From assembly GCF_030028105.1 (NCBI RefSeq), contig NC_092388.1, forward strand, positions 32,545,684 through 32,609,683: a stretch of DNA of 64,000 bases, given 5' to 3'. Within the stretch, counting starts at the first letter, position 1. Each line of letters starts with the position of its first letter. The translations under genes and the position numbers were made by a program. The notes under the pieces were generated by a model. The model did no database searches. It worked only from the letters and a program-made list of their open reading frames with translations, and had not been told where the DNA came from. Below, one piece after another: positions 48,677 to 60,884 of the stretch. The DNA comes from Mobula birostris. Taxonomy: Eukaryota.

Positions 48677-48919
48677 TTTGCAGCTTCATTTGCCTTCAGC
48701 TCTACTCATGAGATCTACAGTTGAAAGTATAAATGTCAAAAACTATGCAGTAGGGAGAAGCTTACTTCATTATAAAATCATTAAGTGTTTTAGCATTTTT
48801 ATACAACAATTACAACAACATATTTCTGATCAAATTGTTTCCCAAAAAAGGTTAGTTATTCCCTATTCTGAAGAACAATAGGAATACTTCTATTACCGGA
48901 AGTGTGACAAATTTTTTCT

Positions 48920-49510
48920 TATTTCAAAATATACTTTATTCAAAAATAAATATATACAATAAACCATTCAATAACTTTTCATCCCTTACATACGTTTCCA
49001 TTATAGTCAGTACATATCCGTATTTATAGCCACCCACGTGGCGCTCCAGTAGTTCAGCTTAGCATATCATTGTTGAGGGGTATACTCCCCGCCCCCCGAC
49101 CCCTCCCACTCCCATCGGTGGAGAAACCTATACTGTGGTCCTTTCCCACCGGGCCCTTGTGGTGGCTGCACCGAGTTTCAGTGCGTCCCTCAGCACGTAC
49201 TCCTGCAGCCGAGAATGTGCCAGTCGGCAGCATTTTCCCACGGACATCTCCATGTGCTGGTAGATTATCAAGTTTCGGGCCGACCAAAGAGCGTCTTTCA
49301 CAGAGTTGATGATCTGCCAGCAGCACCGGATGTTGGTCTCCGTGTGCATCCTCAGGAACAGCCCGTAGATCAGAGTCCTCTGTTACGCAGCTGCTGGGGA
49401 TAAAACGTGACACTAGCCCGTCCATCCTCCTCCACACCCTCTTTGCGAACTGGCCGTGTGCGAAGAGGTGGGTCACAGACTCCTCCTCACTGCAGTCCTC
49501 CCGTGGGCAG
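48920..49510 (-). mobile_element. Tx1/L1-clade LINE 3' fragment
   Basis: CPREDCSEEESVTHLF...FAKRVW zinc-knuckle region and KDALWSARN motif; poly(A)-signal tail. Confidence 0.75.
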
Positions 49511-49512
49511 TG

Positions 49513-50860
49513 ACAAAATAAACCTCAATTGTTTACTAATGCCAAAGCTAGTCATCCATTTGCAAATATTTTGTCACAAGGAGACATCATCAGTGCACTG
49601 TTCATTTGTGGTGTGTCCTCCAAATGCTTGGCCTTTATATACTTAATCAGCTGATTGATCGTCAATATGGAAACTCAATTGTGATGTAGGGATGGGGTCT
49701 CATCAATGATTGGTTTGTGGTGGACACTTTGCATTGTGGTCTAGAAATTTGCCCACATTGGCTTATGTAGACCTTGACCCTATTTATGTCTTTTTGTAGA
49801 ATTGTTTGCGAAGAAACATGCTTCTAGGAATTCTCCTACATGCCATGTGTTTGCTTGCAGCATGACTTTCACTGATACCCTTTTGAATTTGTGCCCCTCT
49901 TGATCTTCATGGGTAGAGACTAGGGAGAGTTGGTCATGCTGCTTCACAATCAGCTGAAGTTCCTGGATCCTTTGGATAGTTTTGTCCCAGTTTGGCCCAC
50001 GTAATATCAGCTGCAGTCCCCGTATTGGGTTTTATAGACCACATTGGTCTTGTCCAATAGCTTGGTTTGACCTTTTGGTCTGCAGAGTAATCTCCTCAAT
50101 GTTCCTGTTGGTTTATATGTGACTGAAATTCTACGTTCTTGGAGCAGTCAGGCCGTCATTTCTGAGATATTTCAAATGTATGGAAGGACAACCTCTTTGG
50201 TCGCTTCTTGATTGGTGCATTGTCGACCTCATAGACATCTTCATATGAAGTTATGTGGGTATCTGTTTCATCCAAGTACTTTGAAGGAATATTTCTTCCC
50301 TTTATCCTTCTGTTCCGTCGTGCTGCAGTGTGTCTTTGCTCTTCGGAACAAAGTTTTGATACAACTTTTCTTGTGTGTATTTGGGTGATTACTGTGATAA
50401 TTTAGGATCTGACCTGTGCGTGTTTGTTATGATAAATGGATGTTTCCAAGGTGTCATGTGTGTTTCTACTGACGAGCATGTCCAAGAATGCAAGTTCCCC
50501 CTGTTTCTGTTTCCTCACTGTGAACTTAATATCATTGAACATATTGCAAACAGCCATGTAAACCTCAATGCTATTTATCAATGTGGCCAAAATTCTAGAC
50601 CACAACACACAGAGTTCTCCATGCAACCAATCAGTAACGAGGCCCCCTCCCTACGTCACAATTGAGTTTCCGTATTGATGACCAATCAGCTGATTGATAA
50701 GTCTAAAAAGGCCAAGCATTCAGAGGACACACCATAAACGAACAACACACTGATAAAGTCTCCTCGTATGCAAATTTGCAAATGAATTGCCAAGATCGGA
50801 GAACAACTCAACCCAACCATCAAGCACCTGAGTTGTACGCCCTTCAAGTTATTTCCACCA
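49513..50860 (-). mobile_element. Penelope-like element (RT C-terminus plus GIY-YIG) with inverted terminal repeats
   Basis: IKFT.......LAFLDMLVSR....LETSIY (50402-50626); VYK...GDC..YYVGQTG (~49990-50040); 49560-49700 is inverted at 50630-50790. Confidence 0.8.
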
Positions 50861-52279
50861 TACAATATGTCAAAGCAACTGAGCCATGTCAGCAATTATG
50901 TAGCACCATATATAAGAAGGATTTTATTTGCAAAATAATTGATAAAAATAAAATATTTTTTCCAACAAGTTATGTCTGGAATGATGACAAAGTTAATGCG
51001 TGCAAGTCAGTTGCAAAATAATTACCTCCACACTCACAGGCAGGCAATAACAAAAATCAATGTCAAAGTTACCCTCTGGAGTGCCTTAAAAATCCCATAG
51101 CACTATTTCAAAGAACAATGAAGTTATGGCAGGCTAATAATCATCACACAATCAAACATCTAGTACAAAATAAAATGCCATAATTCCTCAGCCAGTCAAA
51201 CAGCATCTCTATTCCTAAAATGTTACAGCAGTACTTCTTGTTTCAGTTCATTGTTTGCTGTAAGTGTGAACAATGCAAACACTGTAAGGTCCAGACAGAA
51301 ATTGATAAGATTGAAAGGCCCTTTGATAAGGGTTGAGAGGTGATTAGATGAAAGTGTATAAAATCATGACTGCTTTAGAGTGCATAACTAGAGGAAAGAA
51401 TATTCAAGAATCGCATGCACAGATTTAAGGCTTTGGCTAAAGATTTTTTTAAAAAAGCATAGCTTTTGCATCTCATAAAGGGAGGAAATAGTTCTGATTT
51501 AAAGAAGTGGAGGAGATAGGTGCTGATGGAAAAATACTTCCCAGGAACATAGTGGGGGAGGAAGGCACAGAAAGAACACACGATTGTTCTTCCAGAAGTT
51601 GGCATGTTGTCTATGGGTTAATTGGTTGACTGCCAATCTTTATACACATCTTGATTTAGTTTTCCATTTCAATTTGCAAATTGAAGCCCTTTTGCAAAAC
51701 AAGTTGAAGCATGATAAAACTCAACACAAAAAAAATGAAATTATTTTGCAAAGATTTTTTTTACTATGACTTCGAAGTTATACTTGACAGAGATAAGAGT
51801 GCACTGCTGAAGCTAATTTCCGTGGGTCACTAGACGAGGTAGAAAAAAAGGCTATGTATTTTAAAAACGCAAACATGTATTGTTGATAGTTATTTAAGAC
51901 ACAATATGACGGCACTGAAGATACACTGTAAACCCTGACAACGATATTCCTTCTTGCTAGCAGATATCCTAATGACGTTTTTTTTGTGTCAACACCTCAA
52001 CGTAAGGGGCCAGATTCAGATTAGTTTGTCATACATACAAGGTACAATGAAGCTCACAAAGTAGATAGTATATACTGTAACAATACAACGAACTCCGCAA
52101 GACAGCAGAATTGTGCGAAGGTTGTAATGCAGTATGAAGTAGCGCAACATAAATGTTAACGTGGATATTTGCGGACAAAAGTAGCTCAGTCGAAAGGAAA
52201 ATATGGCAATTAAAAGTGGGCAGGTTAAAAATGAAGGAATATTTGTGTTAGAGCGGTAGGTGGAGATTCAGAGCGTGCT

Positions 52280-52620
52280 ACCGGCCCGCAGGTGAGAAGC
52301 TGCGGAGAGACCCACAGGTGAACGAGACAAGGTGGATCCGACGTACAGACGAGGCCGGGGCTCCGGCTCTGGCGGAGAGTCACAAGGAAAGGGACTCCTA
52401 GGACGTGCAGCGGTTTCCTACACGGTCGCCCCACCAACCTCCGTCGAAATTGTGAACTAACTAGGCACAAGGACAAAAAAAGATACATTTACCCAAACTC
52501 GGCTCAGCGGCGTTGACTTTAGACAGAAGACCGAAACCACAAGAGTGGAAGGTGAAAGGGCGGGCGGGGCAACCGGTTCATCAGGTTCCTGGACCTTGGA
52601 GCTGAGCCTAGTTTCACGAA
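52280..52620 (-). promoter_or_regulatory. MARVELD3: CpG-rich MARVELD3 promoter and non-coding exon 1 (donor TGG|gtaaat at 52493/52492)
   Basis: GC boxes 52558-52570, perfect GRHL palindrome AACCGGTT 52571-52578, CAGGTG E-boxes 52289-52294 and 52315-52320; the first coding exon has a splice acceptor, so an upstream exon is needed. Confidence 0.7.
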
Positions 52621-54057
52621 CTATAATAAAAACACCAAATAGTGTCGTGGTTTCTCGTTTCTTACAAACAACAAGGAGACGCAGAAAATCCTTCAAGACG
52701 TTTTAAACTTTAATTTGCAAATCAAAGCTGAGACAATCAGAAAGCTAGTAGCTGACTGCCCATCGAGGCTTGTACACAGCATTTTTTATAGCAATCTTCT
52801 ATCTTAGCTACATTATCATATCCAGACGGCCTGTGATCACATATCATCAATACATCCGCTCTCGACCTTCCACTATTGTTTTACTCCCCAATTTAATTAT
52901 GTCCTAGTTTATTTTTTAGACCAAGTGTCCCCTCATCCCTAACCACAGTTATTTCTTAATTGGTCTTGCTTTGACATACTGCCACATATTTCATTACCTT
53001 ACTCACCACTGTTATCTTCCTACTTGGTTTCATTCTAGTTCTCTTCATGAATTAATAGTGATTAGGTCAAAAGTCATGGCTACATAGTGAATACCTTCCA
53101 CTGAGCTAGTAGCAGTTACATAGTAAATATAGAAAATATAATGTGTGCATTTGAGTGAATACTGAAATACTGTTGAGTAAATATTGTAATACATAGAAAA
53201 TACAATGTATGCGTTTACATTTTCCAATAATAGCTCTTCGCAACACACACAAAAATGCTGGTAGAACTCAACATCTATGGAAAAAAGTTTTGGGCGGAAA
53301 TCCTTCCTCTAGACTGAAACCAACATATTTTGTTTTGAAGAAGGAATGCACCCCCATATAACCTCCCCCACCCTAGGTTTAATGATGCAGCCAGCGAACA
53401 ATAAAAACATTCTTTCTCTCCTTAACGTTGTCGGCTTTCATCAGCCTGAAAACTATTGGGATGTAAGTGGGAACGTATGGGCTGGAAAAGGGTTAGGAGG
53501 TCTTGCAAAGCTGATGTCATGGGATGGGGAATATTTGTTGACTGCAAAGGCTTGATATTTGTTTTCCAAAAAGAAAGCCTTTGAAAATAAATCTCAAAGT
53601 GGATCTAGTTTGTAATTGATACCTGTACGATTTATCTTAAGCACTGTAGGTTATTTAATTTTAAAAAGGAGTGAACAGATTTATTTTGCATATTACATAT
53701 CCAAAATGACATTTATAGGCCTTCTAAAGTTCATTAATATTCACAATAGTTTTATCTCACTTTATGAAATTTGTGGGTTCTACTTTGATGATGGCAGATT
53801 TTAAATAACTTGTATTTAGTTCACAACCACAGTTTGTAATAGTTTCCGAGACTCCAGATTGAGTTCAACAACTTCAAATAACAAACCTTTCCAGTTTCTG
53901 TCTAAATTGTCCCGTTCTGATTAAATGTCTTGTGCTGATAATATTAGCTCAGTGTTTCTCTTCACACCGGCTGAGAACTTTGAGCATTTCATGTTTCCAG
54001 CAAGTACAGCCTTTCCTGTCTTACGGTGCCAGATTGTGTTCTCCTCTTCCACTAATT

Positions 54058-54392
54058 TTCCCTTCCCTCCCATCCCCACCTCCCTCTTGTCCCTTCTCTG
54101 TCCCTCTCCCCTCTATGCCCCTCTCTTCCCCTTCCCCCTCTCCTCCCTCTCTCCTCCCTCTCACCCCATCTCACCCTGTCCCTCACCCCCTCACTTCCCC
54201 ACTATCTCTCTCCATTTCTTCCCCTCTCTTTCCCTCTTCCCCTCTCTTTCCCTCTTCCCCCTCCCTCCCCTCTTCCCCTCTTCCCTCTCCCTCCCCTCTT
54301 CCCCTCTTCCCCCTCCCTCCCCTCTTCCCCTCTTCCCCCTCCCTCCCCTCTTCCCCCTTCTCCCCCCTCTTTATTCTCTCTTCCCATCCTCC
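54058..54392. repeat. Polypyrimidine/polypurine low-complexity tract
   Basis: (CCCCTCTT/CCCT)n composition. Confidence 0.9.
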
Positions 54393-54394
54393 TT

Positions 54395-54965
54395 AGAATA
54401 CATTCCAATAACTTACCCAGTGATGTCAGGCTCACCGGCCCATAATTTCTTGGTTTATTCAAGGAGTCTTTCTTAAACAAATAACAACATTAGTTATCTT
54501 CAAATTCTTCTGCAGCTCACCTGTGACTAAGGATGTCTTAAATAACTCTGCCGAGGCCCCTTGAATTTCTGCACTGGTCTCCCACAAGATCCGAGTGAAC
54601 ACCTTGTCAACCCCAAGGGTTTTGCATAAAGACAGCAAGCGCATCCTCCTCTCTAATCCTTATATGGTCCACGCTGGTGTTTTGCATCACCTCTTCAGAG
54701 GATGTGTCCATCTTCCAAGTAAATACAGATGTAAAAAAAAGTCCATTTGAGGTCACCTCCATCTATTTCAGCTCCATGCATATATCAATGCTCTGATCTT
54801 CAAGAGGACAATTTTGTCCCTTGCTGTCCTTTTGTTCTAGATATATATATATAGACACCCCTGGTATTCTCTTTCACCTTGTCTGATAGAATAACCTAAT
54901 GTCTTCTTTTAGCGCTCCTCATTTTCTTTGTAAATATTCTCTTGCATTTCTTGTACTCCTCAAGT
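54395..54965 (-). mobile_element. Old CR1 fragment
   Basis: FKKDSLNKPRNYGPVSLTS motif on the minus strand. Confidence 0.7.
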
Positions 54966-54969
54966 ATAC

Positions 54970-55815
54970 CACCCACATCTCCAATCTGCTAATTAAATTT
55001 GCCAATGACACCATATTGATTGGCTTTATCTCAAACAATAACGAGGTGGCCTACAGGGAAGAAGTAATCTCTCTGACATAGTGGTGTCAAGAAAACGATC
55101 TCTCCCTCAAAGTTGCAAAAACAAAGGAGCTGGTTGTGAATTACAAGAGGAATGGAGACAGGCTAACCCCTGTTGACATCAATGGATCTGGAGCTGAGAG
55201 GGTGAACAGCTTCAAGTTCCTTGGCATCCACATCACGTGGTCTGTACGCACCAGCTGTGTGGTGAAAAAGACACAACAGCGCCTCTTTCACCTCAGACAG
55301 TTGAGGAAGATTGGTATGGGCCCCCAAATCCTAAGAACTTTCTACAGGGCACAACTGAGAGCATCCTGACCAGCTGCATCACTGCCTGGTATGGGAACTG
55401 TACCTCCCTTAATCACAGGACTCTGCAGAGAGTGGTGCGGACAGCCCAGCGCATCTGTCGTTGTGAGCTTCCCATGATTCAACACATTTACAGGACAGCT
55501 GTGTAAAAAGGGCCCATAGGATCGTTGGGGACCCAAACCATCCCAACCACAATCTATTCCAGCTGCTACCACCCGGGAAGCGGTACTGCAGCATAAAACC
55601 CAGGACCAACAGGCTCCGGGACAGCTTCTTCCACCAGGCCATCAGACTGATGAACTCAAACTGATTTGAGTGTACTCTATATTTCATTAACTGTTCTATT
55701 TACTATAAATTATTATATTACTAAGATTGCATGTTTAGATTGAGATGTAACATAAAGATTTTTACTCCTCATGTATGTGAAGGATGTAAGAAATAAAGTC
55801 AATTCAATTCAATTC
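54970..55815 (+). mobile_element. Rex1/Babar-like LINE 3' part
   Basis: IKFANDT.LIG.I...E.AYREEV, KTKELVV, FKFLGIHIT, ESILTSCITAWYG; aattc tandem tail. Confidence 0.85.
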
Positions 55816-56499
55816 ATTTGTTCCTTGCTGCCTATACCTGCTATACAGCTTCTTCTTCTTAATCAGGACCTCAATATCTCTTGGAAACAAAGGTTCTCTA
55901 AACTTGTCAACCTTGCCCTTTATTCTGACAGGAACATAGAAACTCTGCACTCTCAACCAGACCCATCTTTCTCCATGATTTTCTTGAAACTAACAACTGA
56001 ATGATCACTAGATCCAAAGTGTCCCCTAGACATCTTTCTGTCAGCTGCCTTGCCTCGTTCTCTGACAGGGAAGATGGTGCCATGGTGGTGTAGCAGCTAG
56101 TATGATCCTATTACAGCCTGGGATGTTCCAAAGTTCAGAGTTCATCTCTGGCGTCGTCCGTAAGGAGTCTTGTGCATCCTTCCTGTGGAATGCATGGGTT
56201 TTCCCAGGTGCGCCAGTTTTCTCCCGGGTTAATTGGGCATTGTGATTAGGTTAGGGTTAATCAGGTCTGGAAGGGCCTACTCTGTATTGTATCACTAAAT
56301 AAAGTAACTAAATACAAGGAGATCCAGTATTGCACCCTCTCTAGTTCGGACCTCTATATTGATTAAGGAAACTTCTGAACTCCTTTGGCCAACTCTAACC
56401 TATCAACCCTTTTACTATATGGGAGTTCCAGTCAATATGTGGAAAGTTAAAATCACTTACTGTCACAGCCTTGTTTTTCTTGCAGTTGTCTGCTTTCAC

Positions 56500-57620
56500 T
56501 CCATTCTCTGCACACCCATGTACCCATCTAAGAGCTTCTTAGATACCTCCATATGCATCTATCATACTTACACCATTAACACCCATGTCAGTGCATTCCC
56601 ACTCTGTGTGTTTGTATGTGTGTGTGTGGGGGGGGGGTCTTCCCTCACACATTTCCTTTGACCTCTCACCTTAAATGCATGCCCTCTAGTAGAATTTTCA
56701 CCCTGGGAAAAAGATGCTGGCTGCCCATCTATGCCTTTCATAATCCCTTAAATTTCTAACAAGTTTCCCTCAGCCCCCACCGCTCTAGAGAAATCATAGA
56801 ACATGCCCTCTTATCCAGGTAGCATCTTGGTTATTCTCATCAGCACCCTCTCCAAAGCCTTCACATCTTTCTTATAATAATTCAGCTACAGCAGAACTAA
56901 CGTCTTATAAAGCTTCATCATAACGTCCTGACTCTTGAACTTAATGCCTCAAATAATAAAGGCAATAATGCCATGTCTACCCTATTTATCCGTGCAACCA
57001 CTTTCTGGGAGCTATGATCCTGAACACCAAGATTACCCTTGTACATAAACACTGTTGTTTTGTCCCTTTGCAAATATCACTCCACACTTTAAAAAGAAGA
57101 GGGACAAAAGACATGAAACTATAGGCCTGTCAGTCTGACTTAGTGGTTGTGAAGATGTTGTAGTCCATTATTAAGGATGAGGTTTCAGGGCACTTGCAGG
57201 TACGTTATAAAATTAGGCCTAAGTCAGTATGGTTTCCTTAAGGAGAAATCTTGCCTGACAAATCTGTTGGAATTAATTGAGGAAACAATAGGCAGATAGA
57301 CAAGGACAGTATGTGGATGTTGTTTACTTGGATTTTCAGAAGGCCTTTAACAAGGTGCCACACATAAGGCTGCTAAACAAGAGGCCATGGTATTACAGGA
57401 AAGATGCCAGCATGGACAGAAGATTGGCTGACTGCTAGAAGGCAAAGCTGGTCCCCAGCCCCGTCTTCTAGTCCATGCCAGCCTGGCTTTCTGCCTAGTC
57501 CAATCTAAACGTACCTATATGAGAGCCCCGATGGCCCTCCCATTCATGTACTTATCTAGACTTCTCTTAAATGCTACAATTAGACCCGCTTCTACCACTT
57601 CTGCTGATAGCTTGTTCTGT
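56500..57620. mobile_element. Cluster of old CR1 fragments (both orientations)
   Basis: YRPVSLT and YLDFQKAFNKVPH-like remnants at 57.1-57.4 kb; CR1 3' sequence at 56.5-57.05 kb. Confidence 0.65.
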
Positions 57621-57824
57621 GACGGATATTTGCTTCATGGGCTAGTGAGCGTCATGTTTTCCCAAGCTTGCTTTCTCAGTACAGCAGCTGCAATTTGTAA
57701 GATCAAATAATTGTTTACCTTCTGGTCATAAACAGAAGCCAGTCTTTAGTTCTTAAAATGTAAATGGCAAGCAGTATTCAGCTTGAAGTAAAAAAAAACT
57801 GCTTTGTTGTATGTAGACGCTTTT

Positions 57825-58385
57825 TTTTTGTTCGTCCATCGTCGTCATTGATGAAGACCTCGACACTGTTGATGGTGTCGAGACCTGCGCGTGATTTGGA
57901 TTTAAGTGAGGGAGAGTTGTGCAGCGTCAGCCTCACTCTCTCTTCCCAATTCCCATCTGGATCCAGTGGCAAGACAGAGTCGAGACGACTGGAGATGGGA
58001 CTAGGCGCAGTGGATGACCAGGACGTCTTCTGTGCCTTGTCCTGCTCTACATGTTCCACGATGCTTGCAGAGACCACCATCTTAAGCGTTGGACCTTCCA
58101 TTGGTCTCGTCCGTCAATCCATCAGAGTCTGTCTTCACATGCTGGGATAGACAACTCCCTATCTCACAGAGGGTTTGAGACTCGTCGGCTACCCTCACCT
58201 GGTTTAGCCGGCTTGTCAAAGCCGTTGCCTGGGGTGTGGCTGCTGTCGCATGCAAACAGCTACGGGGAGCCACAGGTGAGAGCTGAGTGCCAGGTGGGGA
58301 CCAAAGGTGGACTAACCGCCTTGAAAAGGATGCGACATGTTACCCCACCAGAGGTGCTACCCCTCCCTGACACCCCGTACACCCC
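57825..58385 (-). mobile_element. RTE-related short interspersed element
   Basis: Same tail (tccatcgtcattgatgaagacctc...gatttggatttaagtgaggga) as the fragment at 22965-23080. Confidence 0.55.
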
Positions 58386-58499
58386 ACGTAGATGCTTAAT
58401 CTGTAGACATAGGATGTAGTTCAACAAAGGACAACAAAGAGGTGGTTGCAGGAGACAGAGGAGTGGCTATGGGATGACTTGGAGTTGGTGGACTAGGCC

Positions 58500-60040
58500 G
58501 TGCTCAAGGACTCATCTGTGATTCTGAATGAATACACTATGGTTGTCACAGACTATATTAAAACAGTTGTAGACAAGAAAGCATGGCAGCTCCTCTACTT
58601 CCTTAGGAGTTTGCAAAAACCAGAATCAGGTTTATTATCACCGGCATGTGACATGAAGTTTGTTAACTTAGCAGCAGCAGTTCAATGCAATACATAATAT
58701 AGAAGAAGAAAAATATTAAAATAATAATTAATAAATAAGTAAATCTATATAGTATACATATATTGAATAGATCAAAAATCATGCAATAAAAAACAGAAAT
58801 ACTGTATATTAAAAAAAAGTGAGGTTGTGTCCAAGGGTTCAATGTCCATTTAAAAATTGGATGGCAGAGGGGAAGAAGCTGTTCCTGAATCACTGAGTGT
58901 GTGCCTGCAGGCTTCTGTATCTTGTACTTGATGATAACAGTGAGAAAAGGGCATGCCCTGGGTGCTGGAGGTCCTTAATATGGATGCTGCCTTTCTGAGA
59001 CTCCGCTCCTTGAAGATGTCCTGGGTACTTTGTAGGCTAGTACCCAAGATGGAACTGACTAAATTTACAACCCTCTGCAGCTTCTTTCGGTCCTGTGGAG
59101 TAGCCCCTCCCCCCCATACCAGACAGTGATGCAGCCTGTCAGAATGCTCTCCACGGTACAACTATAGAAGTTTTTGAGTGTATTTGTTGACATACCAAAT
59201 CTCTTCAAACTCCTAATAAAGTATAGGTGCTGTCTTGCCTTCTTTATAACTGCATCAATATGTTGGGACCAGGTTAGATCCTCAGAGATCTTGACGCCCA
59301 GGAACTTGAAAATGCTCACTCTCTCCACTTCTGATCCCTCTATGAGGATTGGTACGTGTTCCTTTATGTTACCCTTCCGGAAGTCCACAATCAGCTGTTT
59401 GGCATGACATCTAAAACTTTAACAAGCTTCTTATAGAATATTCATGGAGAGTATATTGTCTGGCTGTGTCACAGCCTGGTATGGAAACACCAATGCCCTT
59501 GAAGGAAGTCCATGATGGGCAAAGGTTTCCCCACTATTGAGCACATCTACATGAAATGTTTCACAGGAAAGCAGTATCCATCATCAGGGACTCTCACCAC
59601 CCAGGACATGTTCTCTTCTTGTTGCTGCCATCAGGAAAATGGTACAGGATCCTTAGAACTCACACCACCAGGTTCAGTACAGTTATTACCCCTCAACAAT
59701 CAGGTTGTTGAACTAAAGGGGAAAACTTCACTCATCTTCACTTGCCCCATCATGGAATACTCCCACAACCTATGGACTCTCTTTTAAGGATTCTTCATCA
59801 CATGATCTTGATATCTATTTATTATTATTATTATTATTTATTGTTGTTGTTACTTCTTTCTTTTTGTATTTTCACAGTTTATTGTCTTTTGCATAATAGC
59901 TGAATGCCCAAGTTGGTGCAGTCTTTCATTAGTTCTGTTATTTTTCTGTTTATAGATTTATTGAGTTTGCCCAGAAGACAATGAATCTCAGGGTTGTATA
60001 AGGTGACTTATATGTAATTTGATAATAAATTTACTTTGAA
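58500..60040. mobile_element. Rex1/L2-like LINE (plus) with a nested minus-strand copy at 58620-59397
   Basis: FKFLGVKISEDLTWSQH...KKARQHLYFIRSLKRFGM...ESILTGCITVWYG on the minus strand; the plus-strand flanks continue the same family. Confidence 0.8.
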
Positions 60041-60884
60041 CTTCCTTGGGGTGTTTGTCAGTGCATATGATGCTGTCATAAAAGGACACTTTAAAGTCTG
60101 GGTTTTGTCCTCTTTTAAGGTATCAATCTGATCTACTTGTCTCAACAAAGATGCATTGATGGTCATGTTACTTATAATGCTATGGAGTAATTTGTTCACA
60201 CCCGAAGTATTTAAACTTTTGTAATGGTGTTTGACCATCTGTATGTATAAGTTATCAAAACTTGATGTACTTTGAGTTCAGGGTATTTTACTGCCCAGTC
60301 TCCTTTGTGTGTGTTTGTGCTGACGAAAGACTCAGGTTTCCATGTGATTCAATACAGAGTCTGGCAGCAGAGCAGAGTAACAGATGCATTAATACTTCTA
60401 TGGGGATAGGTGAACATCAGCAGCTTCCTTCGAAAGGATTGACTCAACGTACTCCATGAATCACTGCAGACTGTGAGTAGCCCACGTTAGGTGTCAATGT
60501 GTTCTGTGTCCATTAGCAAACACGTACTGAGTCCATGCAATGTTGATCAGCTGTGCTGTTACTCCAAGGTGCGAAAAGATATCCTGTTACAACAATGGAG
60601 CATTTTTCAGAAACTCCAACGTTGTAATCCTCTCAAAACAATGTGGAGGCATAAAACCAAACAAAAACAAATTACTCATAGAGAAATAGATTTGGGTGCT
60701 CAAATCAATGGTTTTTGATTTACAGTTTTTTCTCCTTTTTTTGTCTCTCTGTGCAGTTAGAAACATTATGGCAATTGAGATTTTACTGAGGGCAATTGGA
60801 CACAAGCCAAATCAATGTGAGAAGAATGGAAGTGGCAATCAGTCTACAGCTTTTCTCAATGGGAGCAGAATAATTCCCTATATT

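Noticed and set aside
53925-54480. Pro/Ser/Leu-rich and Gly/Arg/Glu-rich ORFs
   Set aside because: Translations of the low-complexity CT tract.
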